Shown in pieces: positions 18,669 to 28,179 of a stretch of 40,808 bases of DNA. The stretch is from Gemmatimonadota bacterium. Lineage in GTDB: Bacteria; Latescibacterota; UBA2968; UBA8231. The notes under the pieces are model-generated. The model ran no database searches. It saw nothing but the letters and a program-made list of their open reading frames with translations, and had not been told where the DNA came from. The stretch lies in contig JAYPJE010000017.1 in assembly GCA_038128265.1 (NCBI GenBank), positions 1-40,808 on the forward strand, read 5' to 3'. The number at the start of each line of letters is the position of its first letter. Positions within the stretch are counted from its first letter, which is position 1. Made by a program: the position numbers and the translations under genes.

Positions 18669-19009
18669 TCGCGGCTACCCTCGGGCTGCCAGCGGTAGCG
18701 CCTCAGATCAATTCGCTCGTCGCACAGAGCAATGCCCTCGGCGGCCAGCATGTCATACTGCATGCGATGGAATCCTCCGTCGGCGCGCGGCGAAACCCTG
18801 CCCTGTGCGTTTATAACGCGATGCCACGGAACGTCGAGCTCTTCGGGCAGGCCGGCTAGCGCATACCCCACCTGCCGCGCACGACCCGGATAGCCGGCTA
18901 ACTCAGCCACTTGTCCATAGGTGACGACGTGCCCGGGCGGCACCTGTGCCACAATCTCATAGAATGCACGCCGCATGGGGTTTTTAACAGTTGGCTGTGA
19001 CGCTTTCAT
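18665..19009 (-). CDS. Alkyltransferase-like protein (ATL/YbaZ, MGMT family)
   Basis: VPPGHVVTYGQVAELAG, ARQVG, and PWHRV (Trp in place of the Ogt active-site Cys); start 19009 or 18976. Confidence 0.9.
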   Translation of the reverse strand: MKASQPTVKNPMRRAFYEIVAQVPPGHVVTYGQVAELAGYPGRARQVGYALAGLPEELDVPWHRVINAQGRVSPRADGGFHRMQYDMLAAEGIALCDERIDLRRYRWQPEGSRD

Positions 19010-19220
19010 CCCTTCCCTCGAGAAAATCCAGCGCTTTGGCATAGCTACGCCGCTCCAAATAGTGGCGCAGCATTGGGTGCGTTTGGTCGCTCATCTCCTG
19101 CGTCAGTCGATCGATTGCACGCACTCGGTCGGCGATGTCATCGGACCCGCTCGCAATGGCGGCAAGGAAGCCCTTTAGTTCTGCGTGCAGCGCCTGCTGC
19201 CACTCGTCGTATGTCGCCAT
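18984..19220 (-). CDS. Small helical hypothetical protein (78 aa)
   Basis: GGGGAG RBS, fills the operon gap, amphipathic helices and an LRHYLERRSYAKAL segment. Confidence 0.7.
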   Translation of the reverse strand: MATYDEWQQALHAELKGFLAAIASGSDDIADRVRAIDRLTQEMSDQTHPMLRHYLERRSYAKALDFLEGRDESVTANC

Positions 19221-19236
19221 CTGTAGCTTCTCCCCT

Positions 19237-19953
19237 CTAACTCATAATGAGGTACGACAACCAGTCATCCTCGCCGTTCTTTATTTGGTGCTCGTGTCCG
19301 GCTGGAATGTGAACCATATCTCCTTCGACGAGAGCCTGCTCGCCGTCCCCATCGACCAGGATTCCGCTGTTTTCCAATACGTAGAATACCTGCTCGTATG
19401 CTTGGCAGCGCACCGCCGTTTCCGATCCGGGCTGTACGGCTTCGCGCTCGATGCCTCGCATGGTGCGCAAATAGCCAATCGCATCCTCGCCAACGCGGCC
19501 CAGCTGTCGCCAGCGCACGGCGCCGCAGCCGTCGCCCTGCGGCGCCACGTCGCACCAATTGCGAATGGCAAACTCTCCGCCGGGCCCCTCTACCTTTTGA
19601 CTGATCACGTGGTGGACGAGCCAATCCTCGTTCATATCGTTGAACATCTGATGGTAAATTCCGGCCGGCAGGTAAATCGCATCCCCCTCGCGCACGGCAT
19701 AGCGTTCCTCGCCAAACAGCACTTCGCCGCATCCAGATAGTATGTAGTAGACCTGCTCGGTTGCATCGTGTTTGTGATGATCGGACGTCTTGCGCCCCTG
19801 CAGCGCATGCCGGGCAAAGCCGCCCAGCGACAGCAGGCGATTGCGCGGGTCCGGATCGTCGTTGCGCTCCTTGTCGCGCAAGCCCCCCCAGTGCACGGCG
19901 CTCAGGTGCGCGATCTTTGGCTGCACGTCGCGCCAGTTTATGCTGTATGCCAT
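19237..19953 (-). CDS. Bicupin protein
   Basis: Two internal repeats: HKHDATEQVYYILSG...LPAGIYH and AYEQVFYVLENSG...IPAGHEH. Confidence 0.85.
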   Translation of the reverse strand: MAYSINWRDVQPKIAHLSAVHWGGLRDKERNDDPDPRNRLLSLGGFARHALQGRKTSDHHKHDATEQVYYILSGCGEVLFGEERYAVREGDAIYLPAGIYHQMFNDMNEDWLVHHVISQKVEGPGGEFAIRNWCDVAPQGDGCGAVRWRQLGRVGEDAIGYLRTMRGIEREAVQPGSETAVRCQAYEQVFYVLENSGILVDGDGEQALVEGDMVHIPAGHEHQIKNGEDDWLSYLIMS

Positions 19954-19968
19954 AGTGCGTCCTCTCTT

Positions 19969-20760
19969 TTACATGGCGACGATGCGCCGCATGCGCTCGC
20001 CTAAATCGACCAACTCTGCGTGCGTGCCGCCCACTTCGTGAATCAGCGAATCGCCATAGCCGATGGCGCGCAGTTCGCGCATAATGGCCGGCCAGTCGGT
20101 GTCGCCATCCAGCAGATTGACAAAGCGGTGTTCGCGGCGCACGTAGTCCTTGAAGTGCACTTTTTTGATGCGCGGCCCCAGCTCTCGAATCCACTGCTCG
20201 GGGTATCCGTAGGCCATCATATTCGCCGTGTCGAGATAGATACCCACCCGATCGCTGCTCACCTCGTCAACCAAGAGCCGCGCTTCACGAGGGCTGAGTA
20301 GAAATTTATTCCACACGTTCTCGACCCCAATAGAGACGCCCACCTCTTCGGCAAAAGGGGCAACGGTGCGCAGCGCTTCACACAGCCCATTCCATGCCAG
20401 TTCGTAGCTGTCTTCGACGCTGAGCTGGCCGGGATGTAGCAGCACACCATCAACACCCAGCACACCAGCGATCTCAACCGAACGACGCAGACGCGCCGCA
20501 CCAAGAGCGCGCTCATCGGCATCGGAACTGAGCAAATTACCGCGCGCTTTGGGCTGGGCGATCACGCTGGCGATCTCTACTTCGGCCGCACGGCACGCCG
20601 CAGCAACGTCATCCAACTCGGCAATGCTCATATCTATGCGCAGGTCCTTGTCTTCTGCAAAGACGAGTTCCACGGCTTCATAGCCGGCCTCTGCACACAG
20701 AGACAGCGTATCGCCCAGTGAAGTATTCCCCAATATGATCTGCGTAATGCCAATTTTCAT
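19969..20760 (-). CDS. Sugar phosphate isomerase/epimerase (xylose-isomerase-like TIM barrel)
   Basis: GYEAVEL, ENVWNKFLLSP, YLDTAN, VHFKD and HE metal ligands. Confidence 0.9.
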   Translation of the reverse strand: MKIGITQIILGNTSLGDTLSLCAEAGYEAVELVFAEDKDLRIDMSIAELDDVAAACRAAEVEIASVIAQPKARGNLLSSDADERALGAARLRRSVEIAGVLGVDGVLLHPGQLSVEDSYELAWNGLCEALRTVAPFAEEVGVSIGVENVWNKFLLSPREARLLVDEVSSDRVGIYLDTANMMAYGYPEQWIRELGPRIKKVHFKDYVRREHRFVNLLDGDTDWPAIMRELRAIGYGDSLIHEVGGTHAELVDLGERMRRIVAM

Positions 20761-20785
20761 CGCACAAGCTCCCGGGCTGCAGAAA

Positions 20786-21211
20786 CTACACCAGTCCAAG
20801 TCCCGCGTCCAGCATGGGCAGCGGCCAGCGACCCGTGTCGTATAGGAAGAGCATCAGCGGCAGCGCCGCGTTGATCAACACACCCAGCAGCGCACGCCAT
20901 ACAATTACGCGAAAGTAGCGCACGCCGCGCACCAACGAGCGGCCGCTATAGAATAGACCCACCCCAGCAACGGCCAGCAGCAGGGGCGACGGCCAAGCGA
21001 AAAACGCCCCGCATGCCAAGCAGCCCAATAACAGACCGTAATTGGCTCCATAACCGCGCCCCCGTATGCGCTTGGGTTCTTCTACATCTCGCTCTCCGTC
21101 AGCAGAGAATGGCGCGGCTACTCGACCCATTGCCGCACGCCGCGCCATGAGGCGTGCCATCCAGAAAAACGTCCATAATAGTACCGTAAAGGCGACGACT
21201 AATATGGCCAT
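20786..21211 (-). CDS. Hypothetical membrane protein (about 4 TM)
   Basis: Several hydrophobic helices; first gene of the minus-strand run; start uncertain (21211-21238). Confidence 0.6.
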   Translation of the reverse strand: MAILVVAFTVLLWTFFWMARLMARRAAMGRVAAPFSADGERDVEEPKRIRGRGYGANYGLLLGCLACGAFFAWPSPLLLAVAGVGLFYSGRSLVRGVRYFRVIVWRALLGVLINAALPLMLFLYDTGRWPLPMLDAGLGLV

Positions 21212-21342
21212 GCCCACCGGTGAACTCACGCTATGCACCCGCGTTTTACGCCCTGTGCAGGGCGCGCTGCTGATTTGATAATCTTCTGGACTCGGGCTAT
21301 CTTCATGGCGTTCTACCCACCCCTTCTGCGAGGAGATTAATA

Positions 21343-22269
21343 ATGGCAAAAAGGAAATCGAGCGCCAAGAAAAAAGACTTTAAGATCGGCGTGGTCGGCG
21401 TCGGTCGCATGGGGGCCAATATGGCGAGGAATCTGGTTGACAAGCGCTTTACCATCAGCGCCGTCTATGACGCCAACCCCCGCTCGGCGCGCGCCTTGGC
21501 CAAAGAGCTGGGCTGCCAGGCAGCCAAAACGCTGGCCGAAGTGACGGCCGCTTCCGACGTCGTGCTCACCGTCGTAACCGACGATGTAGCCATGCGCTCC
21601 ATCTTTTCGACCCGCGGCGATTCCCTCCTCAGCGATGCCAAGGGCACGGTGTTTATCAACTGCGCGACGATTTCGCCGGCCACCCACGTCGAAGTGGAAA
21701 AGCGCGCCGAAGCCGTCGGCGCCTCGTCGCTAGAAGGCTGCATGGCATCCAGCATTACCCAAGCGCGCAAGGGCACGCTCTACCTGATGTGCGGCGGCAA
21801 GCGCAGCGTATTTAACAAGGTGCGCCCCATACTCGACGCTCTTAGCGTCAACCTGCGCTACATAGGCACGGCGGGCCAAGCGGCGCAGGTGAAAGCGCTG
21901 GTCAATATGGTGATGAATATCAACACGGCGGGGCTAGCCGAAGGACTCGGGCTCGGGAAAGCGCTGGGCTTAGATTTAAAGGTGCTGATGAACGTCTTTT
22001 CGCAGACTGGCGCCAACTCGCGCGTTTTGGAGACGGACGGTGAGGATATGGTCGCACGCGATCACGAGTGCTATTTTTCTGCCGCTCACGCGGCCAAGGA
22101 CTCAGGCATTGCACTGCAATTGGCCAAACAAGAAGGCCTCAGCTTACCGCTGGCCACTGCCTCCAAGGGACAGTTTGATCGCATGAAACGAATCGGTCTC
22201 GGTGAATTGGATAAATCGGGCGTAGCCGAACTGACGTTTCCCGGTCGCAAGGGATCCGGCAAAAAGTAG
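21343..22269 (+). CDS. Beta-hydroxyacid dehydrogenase family (3-hydroxyisobutyrate/tartronate semialdehyde reductase-like)
   Basis: GVGRMGANMA, MCGG, catalytic K..VN (QVKALVN), FS...AAKD; GAGGAG RBS. Confidence 0.9.
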   Translation: MAKRKSSAKKKDFKIGVVGVGRMGANMARNLVDKRFTISAVYDANPRSARALAKELGCQAAKTLAEVTAASDVVLTVVTDDVAMRSIFSTRGDSLLSDAKGTVFINCATISPATHVEVEKRAEAVGASSLEGCMASSITQARKGTLYLMCGGKRSVFNKVRPILDALSVNLRYIGTAGQAAQVKALVNMVMNINTAGLAEGLGLGKALGLDLKVLMNVFSQTGANSRVLETDGEDMVARDHECYFSAAHAAKDSGIALQLAKQEGLSLPLATASKGQFDRMKRIGLGELDKSGVAELTFPGRKGSGKK

Positions 22270-22287
22270 GGGCAGCAATCCATTGCA

Positions 22288-22320
22288 GGGCCGGCCGTCG
22301 CCAAGCGCGTTGGCCGGCCC
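22288..22320. terminator. GC-rich hairpin between convergent genes
   Basis: GGGCCGGCC-N15-GGCCGGCCC perfect 9-bp stem; no U-tract. Confidence 0.4.
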
Positions 22321-22323
22321 GCG

Positions 22324-23616
22324 CTATGTACGGCGCTGCCGCAGCGCGCGCAGACGCTCTCGGATCTTTGGGTTGCGACTGACCGGGTGCTCCGCTTCGT
22401 CTTGCAGGACCAAACCACGCATCGCCCAGCGCGACCACAGCGCTACGAAGACAAAGAGCAGGGCCGTAGCGTAAAATGCGCTGCGAAATCCCAGCGACGC
22501 GCCAATATATCCGCCTACGGATGGACCCAGCGCCCATCCTAGGGCCGACGCACTCGTCATAATGCCGAAGGCCTTGCCGCGATCTACCTCGTCAACGACA
22601 AACGTGACAATGGTATTGGCGACTGGCCGCACTGCACCGGTCGTCAATCCGCCCATCACCTGTAGCACCGCAAATGCCATCACGCTAGTGACGCTGCCCT
22701 GCATCACAAGGAAGAGCGCCGTGGCTATTAGCCCACCGAAGAGCATGCGCTGCACGCCTATTTGCTGTGTCCGCTTTCCCATAACCGCCGACGACAGCGC
22801 ACCCGTCAAACTCATTAGCGAAAAGATCATGCCGGCCTCTGAAATAATCTCCGTATGTCCGGCCAACTGCTGCAAAAACAGCGGCACCACGGGCATAATA
22901 ACGCCGTAGGCAAATTGGATCAGAATAAGGCAGACCAGCGTGATCATAAATGGCTTGATATGCAGCAGGCGCGACGCGTCGGTCAAGAAGTGACGCACGC
23001 CGCTCTCGCCCTGCCCCTCGCCTTCGGCCCCGTCATCGCGAGCGGTAAAATCTTCGCGCACCAGCAGCTGAACGGCAATGCCTGCCGCTACGACCATCGC
23101 CCCTGAAACCAGAAAGCTCGCATGATAGCCATACGCTTCAATAAACGGTCCCCCGGCGAGCGGACCCAGCGCAGCGCCCAGCAGAAATGCCCCCTGCATC
23201 ATACCCATGGCATAGCCCAAATGCTGTTTGGGCGTCGTCGTCGAAACCATCGTGATACAGGCCGTCACCGTGCCGGCCAGTGCTCCCTGCAGCAGGCGCG
23301 CAATTAGAAGCTCCATCACGCTGTCGGCGTAGGCCATGAAAAATACGGTTAACCCGCCGCCGACCATTGAGCGCACCACCATGCTCTTGCGGCCAAAGCG
23401 ATCGGCCAGCGCCCCCCAGACAGGTGAAGAAAGGGCCATTGCAAAGCCGGCTACCGATCCCATATAGCCCGACCATAGCAGCGCTTCCTCGAGATTTTCT
23501 ACGTCAAATTCCTGCACGTAATAGGCAAGAAAAGGCTGCACCGCGTGAAAGCCGATAATGGCAAAGAGCTCGGCGCACCACAGCGTGTAAAAATTTCTTT
23601 TCCAGGAAGTCTGCAT
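22324..23616 (-). CDS. MFS transporter (DHA1/MdtG-like)
   Basis: SWKRNFYTLW, motif A WGALADRFGRK, RLLQG, GPLAGG; about 12 TM. Confidence 0.92.
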   Translation of the reverse strand: MQTSWKRNFYTLWCAELFAIIGFHAVQPFLAYYVQEFDVENLEEALLWSGYMGSVAGFAMALSSPVWGALADRFGRKSMVVRSMVGGGLTVFFMAYADSVMELLIARLLQGALAGTVTACITMVSTTTPKQHLGYAMGMMQGAFLLGAALGPLAGGPFIEAYGYHASFLVSGAMVVAAGIAVQLLVREDFTARDDGAEGEGQGESGVRHFLTDASRLLHIKPFMITLVCLILIQFAYGVIMPVVPLFLQQLAGHTEIISEAGMIFSLMSLTGALSSAVMGKRTQQIGVQRMLFGGLIATALFLVMQGSVTSVMAFAVLQVMGGLTTGAVRPVANTIVTFVVDEVDRGKAFGIMTSASALGWALGPSVGGYIGASLGFRSAFYATALLFVFVALWSRWAMRGLVLQDEAEHPVSRNPKIRERLRALRQRRT

Positions 23617-23667
23617 GTGTATAGAAGAACGGCTCTGCGCCCGCTTGCGCCAAGAGCACCCACTCTC

Positions 23668-23707
23668 AAAGAAAAGGGCCGACATCGCTTCTATGCGACG
23701 CCGGCCC
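23668..23707 (-). terminator. Intrinsic terminator of the amidohydrolase-to-DUF4380 unit
   Basis: Minus strand GGGCCGGCGTCGC-ATAGAA-GCGATGTCGGCCC (13-bp stem with two G.U pairs) followed by TTTTCTTT, 23 nt after the stop at 23731. Confidence 0.8.
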
Positions 23708-23730
23708 AATACCTTTGCTCGTAGTTTTGC

Positions 23731-24753
23731 TTATTTGTCAGCGAGCCACTCTAGGGCGGCCTGCCGACGCGCGTCGGGCGAGTCGGCAGCAGCCGGCAGT
23801 TTAAACAACTCCCAGGCAATGGGATGCTCGAGCACGTCGCCGACCTCGAGATAGACCCAAGGGCTAAGCAACTCGAGTTCCGTATAGTCGGGGCAGGTAT
23901 AGACCTCGGCGCTCAACCCGCCGTCCGGATAGCGTTGGGTCGCGTCGCGACGAAAAAACTCGGCCATCACCACATCGCCGACGATTCCAGCTAACCAGCG
24001 GTCGGAGTCGGCACCGGTCTTCTGGTTTTCCGTCTCGTCGGGAACAAAGATGCCAATATCGCCCTTGATCGTGAAATTGCGCACGGCGGCGCTCTGCGCA
24101 AAGCCAAAAGGGAAATAACGCATATCAAAATGGCTGTGCGGATTGAGCGGATAGAGCGTCTCCTCCGGCGGATTGATCTGCGTAACGTTCCAAATGGTGT
24201 AGCGCAGCGGCTCCAATTCTTGGCGCTGGGCAAGGGCGACCTTTTCAATGGCCTGATGAATCTCGACGCGCGTGCCCGCAGCTGCCAAGCGGATGGTGCG
24301 CATGCTGCGGGCGCCGTTGTACTGACTGGTTGGGCTGATGATGGTCACGCCATCGTCCAGCACTTCCACATCGTGTGCACCGCCGTCAAAGGCATGATCG
24401 GGTGGCCAGGCATGTCCGTTGATATCACCAAACTCGCTCTGCTGATTGGGCCACACCTTGTCGCCGCCAAAATTAGTCCAGGTATATTGACCCTCTTCGT
24501 CCCGAGACGGCTCGCCCCCGGGCAGCGTGCTGCCGTGAAACTGCGGATCCGACCAGAGTATGTTTTCTCCGCCCACAAAACCATAGTGCATAATGCGGCC
24601 GATCTGCGGCACGACGACGAGTTCTACTTCTCCATTGCTCAGCTTAACGGCGTCGGACCAACCCTTATAGTCGACCCTCTCCACGCGCACCTCGGCAAAG
24701 ACTGCAGAGGCTAACACAAAATAAAGCGCCGCAGTTGCTGCATAGAATCGCAT
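23731..24753 (-). CDS. Secreted DUF4380-like (aldose-epimerase/supersandwich-like) protein
   Basis: Signal peptide ending AVFA-E; LSNGEVELVVVPQIGRIMHYG..GENILW, NFGGDKVWP, YPDGG, ELELLSP; AGGAGG RBS. Confidence 0.7.
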   Translation of the reverse strand: MRFYAATAALYFVLASAVFAEVRVERVDYKGWSDAVKLSNGEVELVVVPQIGRIMHYGFVGGENILWSDPQFHGSTLPGGEPSRDEEGQYTWTNFGGDKVWPNQQSEFGDINGHAWPPDHAFDGGAHDVEVLDDGVTIISPTSQYNGARSMRTIRLAAAGTRVEIHQAIEKVALAQRQELEPLRYTIWNVTQINPPEETLYPLNPHSHFDMRYFPFGFAQSAAVRNFTIKGDIGIFVPDETENQKTGADSDRWLAGIVGDVVMAEFFRRDATQRYPDGGLSAEVYTCPDYTELELLSPWVYLEVGDVLEHPIAWELFKLPAAADSPDARRQAALEWLADK

Positions 24754-24763
24754 ACTCATCCTC

Positions 24764-25894
24764 CTAGCGCAGGGCGGAGACGCCGCCGCCCTTAAGCGCA
24801 CGCGCCACCTCTTTTTCGACATCGCCCTGTTTTACCATGGACGTGTCGCCAATGGTCTCCTGCACCAAAATGCCGTGCGCAGCACCCCACTGCACGGCCT
24901 CGGCCGGCTCTTTGCCGTTGAGTAGCGCGGCGATAATACCCGAAGCAAAGGAATCGCCGCCCCCGGTGCGATCGGCAATTTCTATATTCTCGCGCACGGC
25001 GGCCTGGTGGATGACGTCGGCCTCCACGTCGTAGAGCACTGCGCCCCAGTTAATGCGATCAGCGCTCAGAGCGCCGCGCAGCTGGGTGCCAATATACTTG
25101 AGGTTGGGATAATCCTGCGAGACCTGGCGCAGCATCTTGGTATAGATCTCCAACCAAACATCAAACGAGGCATCTTTGGGCACTTTTTCCGTCTCGTAGC
25201 CCAGGGCATCGTCAAAATCATCCTGGTTGCCGACGAGAAACTCGACGTGCGGCACGATGGACTTGTTGATTTCGCGCGCGCGGTCTTTGCTCGGTTCAAC
25301 CTTGGAGCGGTAGTTCAAGTCAAACGACCGGCCGGCACCGTATTCGCCCGCTTTCTTCATCGCTTCCAACGCCAAATCGGCCGTTTTGGGTGAGAGCAGC
25401 GTATAGATGCCACCGGTGCTAAACCAGCGGGTTCCCAGCTGACCAAAGAGGGTATCCCAATCGACGTCACCAGGCCCCACTTCGCGCACGGGCGTATGGG
25501 CGCGATAGTACTCGGTGACCGAAGGCAGCAAGCCCTTACCGGCCCAGGTGAAATTAATGCCGTTGTGCAGCGTCCCCTTGCCGTCTGTGCTAAACGCCCC
25601 TTTGCCGCTGTTGTTAAACCATACCACGTGCGACGTGTCGAGGCCTGCCTCGCGCAGCTGGTTTTCAATATTGCGACCGATGCCGTCGTCTACCAGCGCC
25701 GTCACTACCGCTGCTCGCAGACCAAAACAATAGCTCAGCCCTTCGGCGACGTTGGTCTCGCCGCCGCCGTGCCAAATGCGCGCGTTGCGCGCGCGCGCAG
25801 TGGGCACCTGCCCCGGATCAATGCGCATCATAACCTCGCCTAGGGCGATGGCGTCGTATCGCGTCTCTTCCACCGTTTTCAACGTTAATGCCAT
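24764..25894 (-). CDS. kdgK: PfkB family sugar kinase, 2-keto-3-deoxygluconate kinase-like
   Basis: LGEVMMR, GGGETNVA, FDLNYRSK, DRTGGGDSFASG. Confidence 0.8.
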   Translation of the reverse strand: MALTLKTVEETRYDAIALGEVMMRIDPGQVPTARARNARIWHGGGETNVAEGLSYCFGLRAAVVTALVDDGIGRNIENQLREAGLDTSHVVWFNNSGKGAFSTDGKGTLHNGINFTWAGKGLLPSVTEYYRAHTPVREVGPGDVDWDTLFGQLGTRWFSTGGIYTLLSPKTADLALEAMKKAGEYGAGRSFDLNYRSKVEPSKDRAREINKSIVPHVEFLVGNQDDFDDALGYETEKVPKDASFDVWLEIYTKMLRQVSQDYPNLKYIGTQLRGALSADRINWGAVLYDVEADVIHQAAVRENIEIADRTGGGDSFASGIIAALLNGKEPAEAVQWGAAHGILVQETIGDTSMVKQGDVEKEVARALKGGGVSALR

Positions 25895-25926
25895 TTCTGT
25901 CCTTTCTATAAATCCACAGTCATCTA

Positions 25927-27300
25927 TTAGAGGGTCGGTAGTTCGGCCAGTTCCTGCATGTTTTCCTGCAGCATCTCATCGGTAAATTCGTGCTGCTGCA
26001 GCTGGCCGGCAAAGTAGGCCTGATAGGCGGCCATATCGAAGTGGCCGTGGCCGCATAGGTTGAAGGCGATACTCTTTGACTCGCCGCTCTCCTTACAGCG
26101 CAGCGCCTCATCAATAGCGCCTTTGACCACGTGATTAGCTTCCGGCGCGGGCACGATGCCCTCGGTGCGCGCAAACTGCACGCCGGCATCAAAGCATTCA
26201 ATCTGGTGGTAAGCACGGGCTTCGATGTCGCCGCTGCGCAGCGCGTGGCTGACCAGCGGAGCCGCGCCGTGGTAGCGCAACCCGCCGGCGTGTATCTTGG
26301 CCGGCACAAAGTTATGTCCCAGCGTGTGCATCGGCATCAGCGGCGTCATGCCGATGGCGTCGCCGAAGTCGTAGCGGTATTCGCCCTTGGTCAGCGTCGG
26401 GCACGACGCCGGCTCGCAGGCGACGACGCGCATGCCGCTCTGGTCGCCGGCAATTTTATGACGCAGGAAGGGAAAGGCGAAGCCGGCGAAGTTCGAGCCG
26501 CCACCAAAGCAGCCCACGACGACGTCGGGCAGCGATTCACCGGCGCGCTCGAGCTGTTTTTCGGCCTCCAAACCAATCACCGTTTGGTGCAGCAGCACGT
26601 GGTTGAGAACGGAACCGAGCGCGTAGTGCGTGTCCTCGCGCATCACCGCATCTTCGACGGCCTCCGAAATGGCAATGCCCAACGAACCCGGCGAATCGGG
26701 ATCGGCCGCCAAAATCTTGCGACCGGCCTCGGTGCGGTCGCTTGGACTCGGCACGACGTTGCCGCCGTAGGTTTCGATCACCGCTTTGCGGTAGGGCTTT
26801 TGCTCAAAGCTTATGCGCACCATATAGACCTGGCACTCGATATCAAAAAGCTGGCAGGCGTACGAAAGGGCCGTGCCCCACTGACCGGCACCGGTTTCCG
26901 TGGTAATGCGCTTGATACCCTCTTCGCGATTGTAAAAGGCCTGCGCCACAGCCGTATTCGGTTTGTGGCTTCCCGACGGGCTGACGCCCTCCCACTTGTA
27001 ATAGATGCGCGCAGGGGTGTCCAGCGCCTTCTCCAATCGGCGGGCACGGTATAGCGGCGAGGGGCGCCACTGGGCTAGGACCTGGCGCACCTCGTCGGGG
27101 ATCTCTATCCAGCGCTCCTGCGAAACTTCCTGCTGGATCAGCGCCATTGGAAAGAGCGGAGCCAGCGCATCCGGCCCCACCGGTTCGCCGGTGCCAGGGT
27201 GGAGCGGCGGCGGCATCGGCGTTTTAAAGTCTGCGGCTATATTGTACCACTGCTGGGGGATATCGCTGTCTTCGAGCTGTATCTTGATGGTATCCATCAT
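25927..27300 (-). CDS. trpB2: Tryptophan synthase beta chain type 2 (TrpB2)
   Basis: [28 protein letters not shown] (PLP lysine), [32 protein letters not shown]. Confidence 0.94.
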   Translation of the reverse strand: MMDTIKIQLEDSDIPQQWYNIAADFKTPMPPPLHPGTGEPVGPDALAPLFPMALIQQEVSQERWIEIPDEVRQVLAQWRPSPLYRARRLEKALDTPARIYYKWEGVSPSGSHKPNTAVAQAFYNREEGIKRITTETGAGQWGTALSYACQLFDIECQVYMVRISFEQKPYRKAVIETYGGNVVPSPSDRTEAGRKILAADPDSPGSLGIAISEAVEDAVMREDTHYALGSVLNHVLLHQTVIGLEAEKQLERAGESLPDVVVGCFGGGSNFAGFAFPFLRHKIAGDQSGMRVVACEPASCPTLTKGEYRYDFGDAIGMTPLMPMHTLGHNFVPAKIHAGGLRYHGAAPLVSHALRSGDIEARAYHQIECFDAGVQFARTEGIVPAPEANHVVKGAIDEALRCKESGESKSIAFNLCGHGHFDMAAYQAYFAGQLQQHEFTDEMLQENMQELAELPTL

Positions 27301-27308
27301 GCACTCTC

Positions 27309-28178
27309 CTATAGCGTGATGTTGACTCGTCTTCCTTTGGCAATTGACTTTTCCAGCGCTTCGAGCGCAGCGACGGGCCCGAGCATCGTCTCGGCGGTCT
27401 CCGTCGTCTTACCCGTTTTAAACATGCGGCAGAACGTGCGCGTGCCCGTCAGGTAGGTATTCTCATCGTAGGTGATGTGGGCGTCCAGACGCCCCTTTTC
27501 ACCCACTGCACTCAGGTGAAAACCAGCCGATCCCCCGCCGACTAAATTCATCGAGGCGACGGCGCCATTCTTGTAGGTGATTACGCCCGCGTGGTTTTTT
27601 CCCGCGCCGCGCACGACCTCTGCTTTGGCCATATCGTACCCCAGTATATTGAGCACCATATCGACCTGGTGAATTCCATAGAAGAAAATGCCGCCGTACT
27701 CGGATTTAATATCGCATGGACCGGTGGATACCAGCGAGTAAATCGCGCCCAATTCGCGCACCTTGCGCTTGAAATCGACAAAGGACTGCTGCTTGGGTAG
27801 CACCGAATAGGAGCACACCGGCACGCCCAACGCTTCAGCGCGCGCCAGAAAGCGCTTGCCCTCGGCCTTTCTATAGCAGAAGGGCTTGTCGACGAAGAGG
27901 GGTATCTTCGCTTCTAACAGCGGTTTGACGGCCGGCAGATGGTACTTGCCGTGGCGGTGGTCAACACAGGCCCCTTCCACCTGGCCGATCATGTCTTCGG
28001 GCCGCTTGACAATATGCGGGATCTGCGCGACCTCCGCCGCTTTGCGCGCCAGCGCCCCCGTCTCGCCCCACACGTGCGTTACCCGCACGCCGGGAATGCG
28101 CTTTTCGACGTTGATGAGTTTGCCGATCGCCGCGGTATGACTGTTCTCGGCGCCGATAATTCCAATGTTCAATGGCAT
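27309..28178 (-). CDS. Gfo/Idh/MocA family oxidoreductase (DKP type)
   Basis: [25 protein letters not shown]. Confidence 0.82.
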   Translation of the reverse strand: MPLNIGIIGAENSHTAAIGKLINVEKRIPGVRVTHVWGETGALARKAAEVAQIPHIVKRPEDMIGQVEGACVDHRHGKYHLPAVKPLLEAKIPLFVDKPFCYRKAEGKRFLARAEALGVPVCSYSVLPKQQSFVDFKRKVRELGAIYSLVSTGPCDIKSEYGGIFFYGIHQVDMVLNILGYDMAKAEVVRGAGKNHAGVITYKNGAVASMNLVGGGSAGFHLSAVGEKGRLDAHITYDENTYLTGTRTFCRMFKTGKTTETAETMLGPVAALEALEKSIAKGRRVNITL

Positions 28179-28179
28179 G

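Noticed and set aside
19265..20194. 309-aa alternative-frame ORF over the bicupin and epimerase genes
   Set aside because: Arg/Ala-rich shadow ORF typical of high-GC DNA, overlapping two well-supported genes.
21249..21264. Palindrome CGCCCTG-TG-CAGGGCG in a divergent intergenic region
   Set aside because: Single GC-rich occurrence with no second copy or cognate regulator seen; could be chance.
26131..27054. 307-aa antisense ORF opposite trpB2
   Set aside because: Antisense shadow produced by codon bias; no motifs.
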